The notes: generated from the letters alone by a model not told the origin. A stretch of 64,000 nt of DNA from Acidobacteriota bacterium (GCA_016184105.1 JACPDI010000037.1:25031-89030); one strand, 5' to 3'; positions 30,736-39,631 are shown, counted from the stretch's first letter. A program made the numbers and translations.

Positions 30736-33455
30736 ACGTGTCCTCGTGTTTCAGTGCTGGCCAGAGCCTCCACAGCGCAGGTCACCGGGCCGCGTATCTC
30801 CCTGCGCGGGAAGAAGAGAAACCGTGCGGCGGCGCCTGCCGCATCGAGCTCGAATCCGGGCTCGCCGTCAAGCAGCAGCAACGTGCGGCCGTTGTGCCGC
30901 CGCAGCCCGGCCACGGTGTGGCCGTACGTGCTGCCGTCGCCGTAGCGCACGATCGCCGTGCGGCCTGCCACGTCCACCTGCGCCGGGAACGACCCCAGCA
31001 CTTCAAGCGCGTCGACTTCATCGCCGGCCGATTTGCGCAATACGCGCGACACCCGGCCGGAGACGCGGCCGAAGGATCGCAACGTGTCCCGGCCGGTGCT
31101 GAGCTCGGTGCCGCCGATCAGACACATCTCGGCCGCGTGTCCTTCACGCTGCCGCACCCACGCGATCCGGCCATCGGTGCGCAGGGCGTGCGACGGCACC
31201 CGGGCGGGCGTGCGAGCCTCCGCGATATTTCGAAAGAGGATGAGATCGGTCCAATCGCGACCTTCGACGTGCAGCGCAATGCCTTCGCCTTCGACCGGCA
31301 GGGGACGGACCTGACGGATGAGCGCCTCGCCTGAGAACGGCTCCAGGATCGACAGAAACGTACTCGACACTCGCGCCCCCTCGCGCCTGAACAGCAGCCA
31401 CGGCATCGACACGCGATCCACACGCGCATCGTCCTCGTCGGCGAGGCGGATTGAAGGAGCACGGCCGGTGAAGACCTGCGTGTCGTTCGGCGCCAGCGCA
31501 TGCACGCCGAGCGACGCGCCGCTCCCATCGCCTGACCGAAAGGTGGCAGCGAGGACCGGAGGTGCCGGCCCCGAGCGCACGTCCCGCAGGAAGCCGTACG
31601 CCGGATTGTGTCCTTCTGCGGCCCCGCTCTCCTCTTCGCTCGTGGGTGGCGTCAGGCGGACGCCGGCGGGAAGCAGGGTCTCGCCACGGCGGGTGAGTGG
31701 ACTGTCCACGGCGAGCGACTGATCGCGGTCGGCGCTCCCGTGCAGGACCCATTCATGCCGGCGCCCCCCGACGACGCGGAACACATCCACGACGTAGGCA
31801 TGGTCGTCGTCGATTCCCACGAGCACGAGCGCGCGCCGGTATGTCTCGACACGGCCTGGATACGCCCGTTCACCCGACGCTTCGACGAGCTGGAAACGGT
31901 CACCGGCCGCGTGAAACGCCAGCAGGTTGCCGTCCGATGGCTGCGCCTCGGATCCCGTGTGCTGTTCCTCGCCGTCGACGGCGACCGTGTTGTGCGCAAG
32001 GGTGCTGCGCGTCCAGGAGCGATAGCGCGTGTGGGTGTAGCCGAGATCGGGAAGCAGCTCCTCTCCGTGAGCGAACAGGGCCAGGTTCAGGCTGTCGTTG
32101 TGCGCGTGGCCGTAGCCGCCGCCGAAGTGCAGGTGCACCTGCACCTGTGCGTCGCCGCGACCACGACCGAGATAGGCATGCCCCATGGCAGGCCAGAGCG
32201 CGGGGGCGGAGGACTCGAGGGGGTCCGCCTTCAGATACGCGCCTCGGAGCCGGCCCCAGGAATCGTGGACGGGGAGATACCGGCCGTCGGGATATCGCAG
32301 TTTGCCGGTCGCGCGCGCGGCCCGTGCGAACATCGGGATTTCGCGTTCGGGCTGCAGCCGGTCGTACCGGCGGCCATCGGTGGGGTCGCGATAGCCTGGG
32401 GGATCCGAGTACCCGGCGAGCGCTGCAACCGCGCGCTGCGCGCCTCGCATCGTCATGTCGTGGTACCCGAACGTGCCCTCCCTCCACATCCCGTCAAAGA
32501 AGAAGGCTGTCGCGAACAGCCCCTGCAGGCGCCGCATTGCTTCATGAACAGCGCGGGGATCGCCAAGCACGCGGCCGAGCACGGCCAGGCCTTCGTAGAT
32601 CCTCGGGCTCGGATTCGCGTACGGCTCAGGGTAGGCGCGAACGTGCGCGGCCGCGGCCTGGAAGAAGCCATCCTCGATCCGCGCGCGCACGTTCATGCCG
32701 CGCTCGCGCCCGAGCCTCTCGATCTCCCCGCTGTCGTAGATCAGGTCGTACGCGCGAATCAGGGGCGTCGGCAGCTCATCGTAGTACCACCGTCCCCACT
32801 TGCCGCCTTGCGTGTCGTAGGGCGGCGCGTGCTGAAAACCCTTGTCCCAGACCGAGGGCTCGCGCGTCACGAGAAAACCGGGATAGAACTCTGCGAATCG
32901 ATCCAGGATGAGGGCCGCCCTGCGGGCGCATGCGGCGTCGCGGGTGAAATGGAAAACCTGCGCGAGGTCGTAGGCGGCCAGCATGAAGTAGTCGCGGGCG
33001 ATCCGCCATCCGCGCGCCTGGAAGAAGTATTTCCGGCCTGACGAGTCCTCGTAGTACGGATAGGCCTGTAGCCGTCCCAGCGGATCGCGGATCTCCAGCA
33101 CCCGGTCGTCGGGGTACTGCCGGCTGGGGTACCGGTGTCCGCAGTAGCGGCACACCACGACCGAGGGATCCTCTATCCGCCACTGCAGCTGCGCGCCTTG
33201 TGCGCCCTCGTCGCAGTTCGGGCAGTCGACGGCCGTGAACCCGCTGCGAGCGGGGATGGCCGCGAGGAGCTGATCCTCCTTCAGCTCGATCAGGCTTCTC
33301 AGGTGCGCCTGCAGGCGGGGGACCTGCGCGCTCGCCGACTCCGGCTGGAAGACCGGGTGCGCGCTCGCGCGCGCCGGTGGGAGCCGGCGCAGCAACGCCG
33401 GCCAGGGCGCCGCGACGACCCCGCAGAACAATGCGGCGAACTGCCGGCGATGCAT
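30732..33455 (-). CDS. Heparinase II/III-like lyase family protein, Tat-exported
   Basis: MHRRQF signal; CPNC...CRYC; GHAHNDSLNL, PDLGYTHT, TLAHNTVAVD; AGGAGGAG RBS. Confidence 0.82.
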   Translation of the reverse strand: MHRRQFAALFCGVVAAPWPALLRRLPPARASAHPVFQPESASAQVPRLQAHLRSLIELKEDQLLAAIPARSGFTAVDCPNCDEGAQGAQLQWRIEDPSVVVCRYCGHRYPSRQYPDDRVLEIRDPLGRLQAYPYYEDSSGRKYFFQARGWRIARDYFMLAAYDLAQVFHFTRDAACARRAALILDRFAEFYPGFLVTREPSVWDKGFQHAPPYDTQGGKWGRWYYDELPTPLIRAYDLIYDSGEIERLGRERGMNVRARIEDGFFQAAAAHVRAYPEPYANPSPRIYEGLAVLGRVLGDPRAVHEAMRRLQGLFATAFFFDGMWREGTFGYHDMTMRGAQRAVAALAGYSDPPGYRDPTDGRRYDRLQPEREIPMFARAARATGKLRYPDGRYLPVHDSWGRLRGAYLKADPLESSAPALWPAMGHAYLGRGRGDAQVQVHLHFGGGYGHAHNDSLNLALFAHGEELLPDLGYTHTRYRSWTRSTLAHNTVAVDGEEQHTGSEAQPSDGNLLAFHAAGDRFQLVEASGERAYPGRVETYRRALVLVGIDDDHAYVVDVFRVVGGRRHEWVLHGSADRDQSLAVDSPLTRRGETLLPAGVRLTPPTSEEESGAAEGHNPAYGFLRDVRSGPAPPVLAATFRSGDGSGASLGVHALAPNDTQVFTGRAPSIRLADEDDARVDRVSMPWLLFRREGARVSSTFLSILEPFSGEALIRQVRPLPVEGEGIALHVEGRDWTDLILFRNIAEARTPARVPSHALRTDGRIAWVRQREGHAAEMCLIGGTELSTGRDTLRSFGRVSGRVSRVLRKSAGDEVDALEVLGSFPAQVDVAGRTAIVRYGDGSTYGHTVAGLRRHNGRTLLLLDGEPGFELDAAGAAARFLFFPRREIRGPVTCAVEALASTETRGHV

Positions 33456-33466
33456 CCAGGCTCCTC

Positions 33467-34249
33467 CTAGGCTCCCGCGAACACCAGCTCCCGCGCGCGC
33501 GCGACCTTTCGCGCGTCCACGGTCCCGTGCGGAAAAGACTCCTCCGGAGTCCGGACCGCGCTGCCAAAGTGAAACTCGCGGATGCCCGTCGCGTCGCGGA
33601 TCGCCTGCACGACGTCGAGGGTGAGACTGCCGGCGATCAGCTCGCACCCGGCGCGCAGTCGCATCCGATACGTCTGCAAGCGCGCGATCCGCTCGGCGAG
33701 CGGACGCCATGAGCCGCCGCTGACGAGTGCGCGATCCACGCCGCTCAGCGAGGCGAGCGCCTCGATGGCACCGGGAGGATCTGCCGTGCGCTCGATCGCG
33801 TTGTGGATGGTCAGGTGCAGCGACGGGGCCGCGCGTGAGATCGCCCGAAGCATGTCGAGGTCCAGGCGCCCCTCACGCACGTACCCGGTCACGAGGCCCT
33901 CGACCCGCAACGCCGCAAGCTGCCGCGCCTTCTCGAGCACGAGGCCTCGTTCGTCCCGCCCCGCCAGCTCGAGCGCGTCCTGTTCTCGAAGCATGACCCT
34001 GGCGGGAATGGACACCGCCGCGACGATCTCTCCCACGAGCGCAAGCGGCGGCGTGAGCCCGCCGCGATCCAGCTGCACGGCGATCTCCAGGCGCGTCGCG
34101 CCTCCCGCTTCGGCTGCGCGCGCATCTTCGACCGACGAGACGATCACTTCGACGTGCCGGGAGGTCGCGGACGGGCCGCGGTCCGACGATTCCGCCCAGG
34201 CCAGGAAAGGCGCCCAGGCGAGGCATCGCGCGAAGTCGCGTCGGTTCAT
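33467..34249 (-). CDS. cutC: CutC family TIM-barrel protein with Tat-like signal
   Basis: EVIVSSVEDARAAEAGGATRLE...GGLTP, RVMLR, EFHFGSAVR; N-terminal MNRRDF. Confidence 0.8.
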   Translation of the reverse strand: MNRRDFARCLAWAPFLAWAESSDRGPSATSRHVEVIVSSVEDARAAEAGGATRLEIAVQLDRGGLTPPLALVGEIVAAVSIPARVMLREQDALELAGRDERGLVLEKARQLAALRVEGLVTGYVREGRLDLDMLRAISRAAPSLHLTIHNAIERTADPPGAIEALASLSGVDRALVSGGSWRPLAERIARLQTYRMRLRAGCELIAGSLTLDVVQAIRDATGIREFHFGSAVRTPEESFPHGTVDARKVARARELVFAGA

Positions 34250-34307
34250 CGGGTCGAGAACACTCTAGCCGCCGCGACATTCCGTGTCGACCACAAAAAC
34301 GCGGTGA

Positions 34308-34419
34308 GTTCTGTTGAGAAGAACACGGCGCCGGGTTCCGCCCGCACGCGCCGCAGCGGCGTCAGCTACCTGGAGAGATCGCCTGATTGATGGCCGGCGT
34401 GAGTTCTGTTACGCAGAAC
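34308..34419. promoter_or_regulatory. Two putative IclR operators upstream of the cutC operon
   Basis: GTTCTG-TTGAG-AAGAAC at 34308-34324; perfect GTTCTG-TTACG-CAGAAC at 34403-34419. Confidence 0.72.
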
Positions 34420-34428
34420 AGCAGGGGC

Positions 34429-35373
34429 TTAGATCCCCGACCCGGCGTCGAAGACTTCGATGCGCGCCAGCGCCTGTGTGAGGTGGCTCCCGGGCGCAAC
34501 GCTCCTCGTGACCCAGACGTTGCCGCCGATCGTCGATCCGCGGCCGATCGTGATCCGGCCCAGGATCGTCGCGCCGGCGTAGATCACGACGTCGTCTTCG
34601 ACGATCGGATGGCGCGGCGTGCCCTTGACGAGCGCCCCGTCCTCGTCCACCTCGAAGCGCTTGGCGCCAAGCGTGACCGCCTGGTACAGGCGCACGCGGT
34701 CCCCGATCACGGCCGTCTCGCCGATGACGACACCGGTCCCGTGATCGATGAAGAAGCTGCCGCCGATGCGCGCGCCCGGATGGATGTCGACCCCCGTGGC
34801 GGAATGCGCCACCTCCGCGATGAGCCGCGCGATGAGCGGCGTGCCCAGCTCGTACAGGGCGTGCGCCAGCCGGTGGTGCATGATCGCCTTCACGCCGGGA
34901 TAGCAAATCAGCACCTCGTCGATGCTCTTCGCGGCCGGGTCGCCGCGGTACGCGGCGTTCACGTCGCTCTCGAGCCGCGAGCGCACGCCCGGCAGCGACG
35001 CCGCGAACTGCCGCACGATACCGCCGGCGTGCTCGTCGATGCCGCCCCCGTCGAGGCTGCCCCGGCGGGCCGTCCACCGCAGCTCGCGGCACACCTGGTC
35101 GAGCAGGGTCTGGAGCGCCCGCTCGAGCGTGTCGCGAACGAAGCGGTCCACCCCGCTGGTCCCCATGTCCGGCGGGCCGAAGTGGTTCGGGAACAGCGCC
35201 GCCACGATCGCCTCGACAACCCCGGCGAGCGCGCGCGCGGACGGCAGCGTGTCGCCCGTGCCGCGATCCGGATCGCGGGCGCCGTCGCGGGCGACGCGCA
35301 GCGCGGCGACGAGGCGCTCCACGTGGCCGTGGGCGCGCTCGCCCTGCGCGCTGCCGCCGGTTCCGTGCGTCAT
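34429..35373 (-). CDS. cysE: Serine O-acetyltransferase (EpsC/CysE type)
   Basis: [36 protein letters not shown] hexapeptide repeats. Confidence 0.93.
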   Translation of the reverse strand: MTHGTGGSAQGERAHGHVERLVAALRVARDGARDPDRGTGDTLPSARALAGVVEAIVAALFPNHFGPPDMGTSGVDRFVRDTLERALQTLLDQVCRELRWTARRGSLDGGGIDEHAGGIVRQFAASLPGVRSRLESDVNAAYRGDPAAKSIDEVLICYPGVKAIMHHRLAHALYELGTPLIARLIAEVAHSATGVDIHPGARIGGSFFIDHGTGVVIGETAVIGDRVRLYQAVTLGAKRFEVDEDGALVKGTPRHPIVEDDVVIYAGATILGRITIGRGSTIGGNVWVTRSVAPGSHLTQALARIEVFDAGSGI

Positions 35374-36347
35374 ATGGCGATCCCCGCCTCGTCGAACACC
35401 CCCTGGAAGAGGATGGTGCTCAGGTACCGCTCGCCCGAGTCGGGAAGGACCACGACGATGGTCTTGCCGGCGTACTGCGGGCGCCGGGCCAGGCGAACGG
35501 CGACGGCGGCCGCGGCGCCGCTGGAGATGCCGCTGAGGATGCCTTCGTCGCGGGTCAGCCGGCGCGCGCAGTCGACCGCTTCGTCGTTGGTGACCTGCTC
35601 GATCGCATCGACGAGCGAGAGATCGAGCACGTCGGGGACGAACCCCGCCCCGATGCCCTGGATCTTGTGCGGCGCCGGCTGGATCGGCCGGCCGTCGCGG
35701 TTCTGCGTCAGCACCGGGCTGTCGCTCGGCTCGACCGCCACCGACACGATCCGCTTCCCGCGCGTGTGCTTGATGTAGCGCGAGACGCCGGTGATCGTGC
35801 CGCCGGTGCCGACGCCCGACACGAGAACGTCGACGGCGCCGTCGGTGTCATCCCAGATTTCCGGCCCGGTGGTCTGCTCGTGAATCGCCGGGTTCGCCGG
35901 GTTCTTGAACTGCTGCAGCAGGACGTACCGCTTGGGATCGGACGCGGCGATCTCTTCCGCCTTCTTGATGGCGCCCGGCATGCCGCGCGCCCCCTCGGTC
36001 AACACCAGCGTGGCGCCGTAGGCCGCCAGCAGCTTCCGCCGCTCGATGCTCATCGTCTCGGGCATGGTGAGCGTGATCGGGATGTTGCGCGCGGCCGCGA
36101 CGAAGGCGAGCGCGACACCCGTATTGCCGCTCGTCGGCTCGACGATTTCCGTGCCCGGTCCCAGGAGGCCGCGCTGTTCGGCGTCCCAGACCATCGCCGC
36201 CCCAATCCGGCACTTGACGGAGTAGGCGGGGTTGCGTCCCTCGATCTTGGCAAGAATCGTCGCCGGGGCGCCGTCGGCGATCCGGTTGAGACGAACGAGA
36301 GGGGTCCGTCCGATCGATCGCGAGTTGTCTTCGAACCAAACTGCCAT
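35370..36347 (-). CDS. cysK: Cysteine synthase A
   Basis: [50 protein letters not shown]; GGAGG RBS. Confidence 0.96.
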   Translation of the reverse strand: MAVWFEDNSRSIGRTPLVRLNRIADGAPATILAKIEGRNPAYSVKCRIGAAMVWDAEQRGLLGPGTEIVEPTSGNTGVALAFVAAARNIPITLTMPETMSIERRKLLAAYGATLVLTEGARGMPGAIKKAEEIAASDPKRYVLLQQFKNPANPAIHEQTTGPEIWDDTDGAVDVLVSGVGTGGTITGVSRYIKHTRGKRIVSVAVEPSDSPVLTQNRDGRPIQPAPHKIQGIGAGFVPDVLDLSLVDAIEQVTNDEAVDCARRLTRDEGILSGISSGAAAAVAVRLARRPQYAGKTIVVVLPDSGERYLSTILFQGVFDEAGIAI

Positions 36348-36363
36348 GATGGCCTCCGCACGA

Positions 36364-36391
36364 GGAAAAGAAAAAAGGCCTTCCGGGCCTT
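36364..36391 (-). terminator. Intrinsic terminator-like hairpin in the cysK leader (attenuator)
   Basis: AAGGCC-CGGAA-GGCCTT followed by TTTTCTTTT on the minus strand, just before the cysK RBS. Confidence 0.65.
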
Positions 36392-36421
36392 GGACCGGCT
36401 GCGATTTCGGGGATGAGGTCG

Positions 36422-36502
36422 TTACGGTTGCACGACCCGCGTGCACGCAGCGCGTACCGGACCGGAGGGCCGGCGACAACACGCGCAGGTGCACGTCATC
36501 AT
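36422..36502 (-). CDS. Cys-rich leader peptide [26 protein letters not shown]
   Basis: 26-aa ORF with 5 Cys, lying between a promoter and the terminator hairpin upstream of cysK. Confidence 0.75.
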   Translation of the reverse strand: MMTCTCACCRRPSGPVRAACTRVVQP

Positions 36503-36512
36503 GATGGTCTCG

Positions 36513-36541
36513 ACTATGCCGGACGCGGCGCGCCAAGTCAA
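36513..36541 (-). promoter_or_regulatory. sigma70-like promoter of the cysK leader
   Basis: TTGACT-17 nt-CATAGT, ending 10 nt before the leader ATG. Confidence 0.65.
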
Positions 36542-36624
36542 GGCGGCGCGCGGACGTTCATCGCGTCATATCAATGGGATCAATCGGCGATCTCCCTTCA
36601 ATGGGCGATCTCCCTGCCGGTCCG

Positions 36625-36653
36625 TTGATCAATATGACGAGAAACGCTAATAT
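36625..36653 (+). promoter_or_regulatory. sigma70-like promoter producing a leaderless transcript
   Basis: TTGATC-17 nt-TAATAT, ending 7 nt before ATG 36661. Confidence 0.6.
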
Positions 36654-36660
36654 CCGGTCC

Positions 36661-36702
36661 ATGCGACGGGTTTCTTCCGGCCTTCGCTGTATCTGTCGGT
36701 AG
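36661..36702 (+). CDS. Putative leaderless leader peptide MRRVSSGLRCICR
   Basis: 13-aa ORF with CIC at the predicted +1, followed by an AGAGGCG/CGCCTCT hairpin. Confidence 0.55.
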   Translation: MRRVSSGLRCICR

Positions 36703-36824
36703 AGGCGCTCCGCGCGGCGGACCGCCTCTCTGCCCCCGTTATTTCTCCTCGACACACGAACGCGAACTGATCCGGCCCGCCACGTGCAGCAGGCAGCAGG
36801 CGAGGCCGTTTTCCGGAGACCGCC

Positions 36825-37787
36825 ATGAGCATTGGTGTCCTGTACGAACATCCCGAGTGGTTCGCGCCGCTGTTCCGCGCGCTCGACCGCCGCGGCCTGG
36901 CCTACGAGCGACTCGACGCGGCGAATCTCTCCTGGGATCCCGCGGCGGCGCCCGGTTTCTCGCTGCTCGTCAACCGCATGAGCCCGTCCGCGTACTTGCG
37001 CGGGCACGGACACGCGATCCACGCGACCCTGGCGTACCTGGACTACCTCGCGGCCCGCGGCATTTCGATCGTGAACGGCCCGGGCGCGTACGCGCTCGAG
37101 ATCTCGAAATCGCGCCAGCTCGACCTGCTCGAGCAGCTCGGGCTGCGGTACCCGGCGAGCCGCGTGATCAATCACGCGGACGCTGCGCCCGCGGCGGCCG
37201 CCGGGCTCCGGTTCCCGGTGGTGGTGAAACCCAACATCGGCGGGAGCGGCGCCCGCATCCGCCGGTTCGATTCGCCCGAGGCGCTCCAGGACGCCGTCGC
37301 GGACGGATCGCTGGATCTCGGCGTGGACCGCGTCGCGCTCGTGCAGGAGTTTCTCCCCGCGCGCGGATCGTCGATCGTGCGCGTGGAGATCCTGGATGGA
37401 GAAGTGCTGTACGCCATCCGGCTCACGCCTCCCGCCGGCCACGGCTTCAACCTGTGCCCGGCCGACGTGTGCCAGACGCCCGCCGAGACGCTGGAAGGGT
37501 TCTGCCCGGTGAAGCCGGCGATGGACATCGAGGCCGTGCAGGTGCCGGCCCGCGTGAGCGACGAGGCGCGCGCGATTGCCGCCGCGGCAGGCCTGGATGT
37601 CTGCGGCATCGAATACCTGGTCGACGACCGGGATGGCGAGGTGTACTTCTACGACGTCAACGCGCTCTCGAATTTCGTGACCGACGCCGTGTCGATCGTC
37701 GGGTTCGATCCGTTCGAGCGCTTCGTCGATTACCTGGAGATGCGGCTCGCTCCCGCAGGTGCGGCGACCTCCGCGCGCGGGGCGTGA
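36825..37787 (+). CDS. ATP-grasp (RimK/glutathione synthase-like) ligase
   Basis: NRMSPS, SKSRQ, PVVVKPNIGGSGA, LVQEF, FNLCPAD, GIEY, YDVNALSNF. Confidence 0.85.
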   Translation: MSIGVLYEHPEWFAPLFRALDRRGLAYERLDAANLSWDPAAAPGFSLLVNRMSPSAYLRGHGHAIHATLAYLDYLAARGISIVNGPGAYALEISKSRQLDLLEQLGLRYPASRVINHADAAPAAAAGLRFPVVVKPNIGGSGARIRRFDSPEALQDAVADGSLDLGVDRVALVQEFLPARGSSIVRVEILDGEVLYAIRLTPPAGHGFNLCPADVCQTPAETLEGFCPVKPAMDIEAVQVPARVSDEARAIAAAAGLDVCGIEYLVDDRDGEVYFYDVNALSNFVTDAVSIVGFDPFERFVDYLEMRLAPAGAATSARGA

Positions 37788-37799
37788 GCCTCGCTTGCC

Positions 37800-37905
37800 G
37801 GGTCGCGCGGACTGGCGCACGACCAGCTCGCCGTGGAGCAGGATGTCGCGCGTGGGCGGCGGGCGATCGGCCTGACCGACGCGGTCGAGCGATCGCGGCG
37901 ATCGC
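37800..37905 (-). pseudogene. C-terminal remnant of a LacI/GntR-type sugar-binding regulator
   Basis: AIAA[frameshift]LDRVGQADRPPPTRDILLHGELVVRQS resembles the LacI-family C-terminal LVVRxS; no start or N-terminus. Confidence 0.5.
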
Positions 37906-37986
37906 CGCCGCGCCTCATGCAGGCGCCGCCCGTGGTCGCGGCCAACCTGCTGTACTCTCCGCCGCGGCCCGGGCCGCAAAACGCGC

Positions 37987-38018
37987 TTGACTCTGGAGTC
38001 CACTCCAGACCTGACAAT
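37987..38018 (+). promoter_or_regulatory. MerR-family (ZntR-type) operator/promoter
   Basis: TTGACT-20 nt-GACAAT with dyad TCTGGAGT-CC-ACTCCAGA at 37992-38009. Confidence 0.88.
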
Positions 38019-38039
38019 GGATCCAGCAAGGGAGGATCC

Positions 38040-38525
38040 ATGTCGAGCTGCTGCCAGTCCAACGCGTGCGAGACGGCGTCCCGTCCGCCCGAGGCATGCC
38101 CGAGCAGCGGCTCCAAGGGGGCTCCGGTCGAACTGGAGACCGTCAAGGCGCTGCTGACCGAAGCGGCGCTGGCCCGCCTGGAGCCCGCATCCTACCGCCT
38201 GTGCCTCGATTCGGCCTGTGACGTCGTGTACTTTGCCGGCGCGGGCCGTACCTTCGCGCGGGCCGACGTGCGCGTCCCCGTCTGGCAGAAGGAGCCGGCG
38301 GGCGCGCGGACGATATGCTACTGCTTCGGCGAGAACGAAGCGGACATCCGCACGGAGATCGCGCGCGGCGGAGGCTCGCACGCCGTCGCGCGCGTGACGG
38401 ATCACATTCGCGCGGGCCGCTGCGCCTGCGAGGTTCGCAACCCGAAAGGCACGTGCTGCCTCGGCGACCTGGCCGCCGCGGTCACCCGCATGGCGGCGGC
38501 GGTGGAGCCTGGGACTGGAGTGTAA
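38040..38525 (+). CDS. CopZ-NT-like Zn/(2Fe-2S) BFD-like metal-binding protein
   Basis: GGAGG RBS; CPSSG...TVKALL, CLDSACDVVYF, ICYCF, CACEVRNPKGTCC. Confidence 0.82.
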   Translation: MSSCCQSNACETASRPPEACPSSGSKGAPVELETVKALLTEAALARLEPASYRLCLDSACDVVYFAGAGRTFARADVRVPVWQKEPAGARTICYCFGENEADIRTEIARGGGSHAVARVTDHIRAGRCACEVRNPKGTCCLGDLAAAVTRMAAAVEPGTGV

Positions 38526-38527
38526 CG

Positions 38528-38971
38528 GTGACGGGCAAGTCGAGACCATCGAACGGCGCGCTCCGGATCGGCGCCGTTGCCGCGGCTAGCGGGCTGACGC
38601 CCGACGCCGTCCGTTATTACGAGCGGCTGGGCCTGCTGCCGCCGCCGCCGCGCACGGCGAGCCGGTACCGCGTCTATCCGCCCGACACCGTCGCGCGCCT
38701 GTGGTTCATCCGGCAGGCCAAGGGGTTCGGGCTGGAGCTGCGGGAGATCCGCGAACTGCTCACGCCAGGCGCCGGCCGCGGGCGCGAGCACTGCCGGGCC
38801 GTGCGGGCGGTGCTGGCGCACCACCTGGACGGCGTCGAGGCGAAGCTGAAGGAACTCGCGTCGTTCCGGCGCACGCTCCGGGGAGCGCTCGATGACTGCG
38901 ACCGCGCGCTGGAGCGGAAAGAGAACATTGACTGCCCGGTCGTCGACCGGTTGAGGAGGAATCGCAAGTGA
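38528..38971 (+). CDS. MerR family heavy-metal-responsive regulator
   Basis: RIGAVA...DAVRYYERLGLL...YRVY, FIRQAKGFGLELREI; three Cys (EHC, DDC, DCPVV). Confidence 0.92.
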   Translation: MTGKSRPSNGALRIGAVAAASGLTPDAVRYYERLGLLPPPPRTASRYRVYPPDTVARLWFIRQAKGFGLELREIRELLTPGAGRGREHCRAVRAVLAHHLDGVEAKLKELASFRRTLRGALDDCDRALERKENIDCPVVDRLRRNRK

Positions 38972-39291
38972 AAGCCAGCATCGGCGCCATCGTCGCGGCG
39001 GTCGTCGCCTCCGCGTGTTGCATCGGCCCGGTCGCGTTCGCGGCCCTCGGCTCCGGGGCGCTCGCCGCGGCGAGCACGAAGCTCGACGCCGTTCGCCCGG
39101 TGTTCCTCCTTCTGACGACGGCGCTGCTGGGCGCGGCGTTCTATCGGACGTACGGCCGCCGCGCGGACACGTGCGAGGACGGCACGTGCGCGCCGGGCGC
39201 GAACCGCAAGGCGCGCATCCTGCTGTGGATTGCGACAGCGGTCGTGGCGCTGATCGCCGCATTTCCCTACTACGCGGAGCACTTGTTCTGA
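38968..39291 (+). CDS. merT: MerT-like mercuric ion transporter
   Basis: ASACCIGP in TM1; CEDGTC loop; three TM helices. Confidence 0.85.
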   Translation: MKASIGAIVAAVVASACCIGPVAFAALGSGALAAASTKLDAVRPVFLLLTTALLGAAFYRTYGRRADTCEDGTCAPGANRKARILLWIATAVVALIAAFPYYAEHLF

Positions 39292-39311
39292 GGAGAGAGA
39301 GGAGACACGTC

Positions 39312-39623
39312 ATGCGTTTCTGGACACTCGCGTTCGTCGTTGCCGCACTGTCGCTCGCCCCGCATGCCCTCGCAGAGAGCCGCGACGAGGGCAAGGCGGC
39401 CGTCTGCCAGCTCAAGATCACGGGGATGACCTGCGGCGGCTGCGAGGGGGCCGTGAAGATGGCGGCCAAGCGCATCGACGGCGTGAAATCGGTGACCGCG
39501 TCGTACAAGACGGGGAGCGCCGAGGTCACCTACGATCCGGCGAAGACCTCGCCGGACGCGATCGCGAAGGCCGTCAGCGAGAAATCCGGCTTCAAGGCGG
39601 AAGTCGTGAAGAAGAAGCCGTAA
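39312..39623 (+). CDS. merP: MerP-like periplasmic HMA protein
   Basis: Signal peptide; GMTCGGC. Confidence 0.82.
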   Translation: MRFWTLAFVVAALSLAPHALAESRDEGKAAVCQLKITGMTCGGCEGAVKMAAKRIDGVKSVTASYKTGSAEVTYDPAKTSPDAIAKAVSEKSGFKAEVVKKKP

Positions 39624-39631
39624 CGGGCCCC

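Noticed and set aside
36661-37787. Graspetide RiPP (ATP-grasp plus precursor)
   Set aside because: The short ORF lacks acidic acceptor residues and core repeats; an attenuator explains it better.
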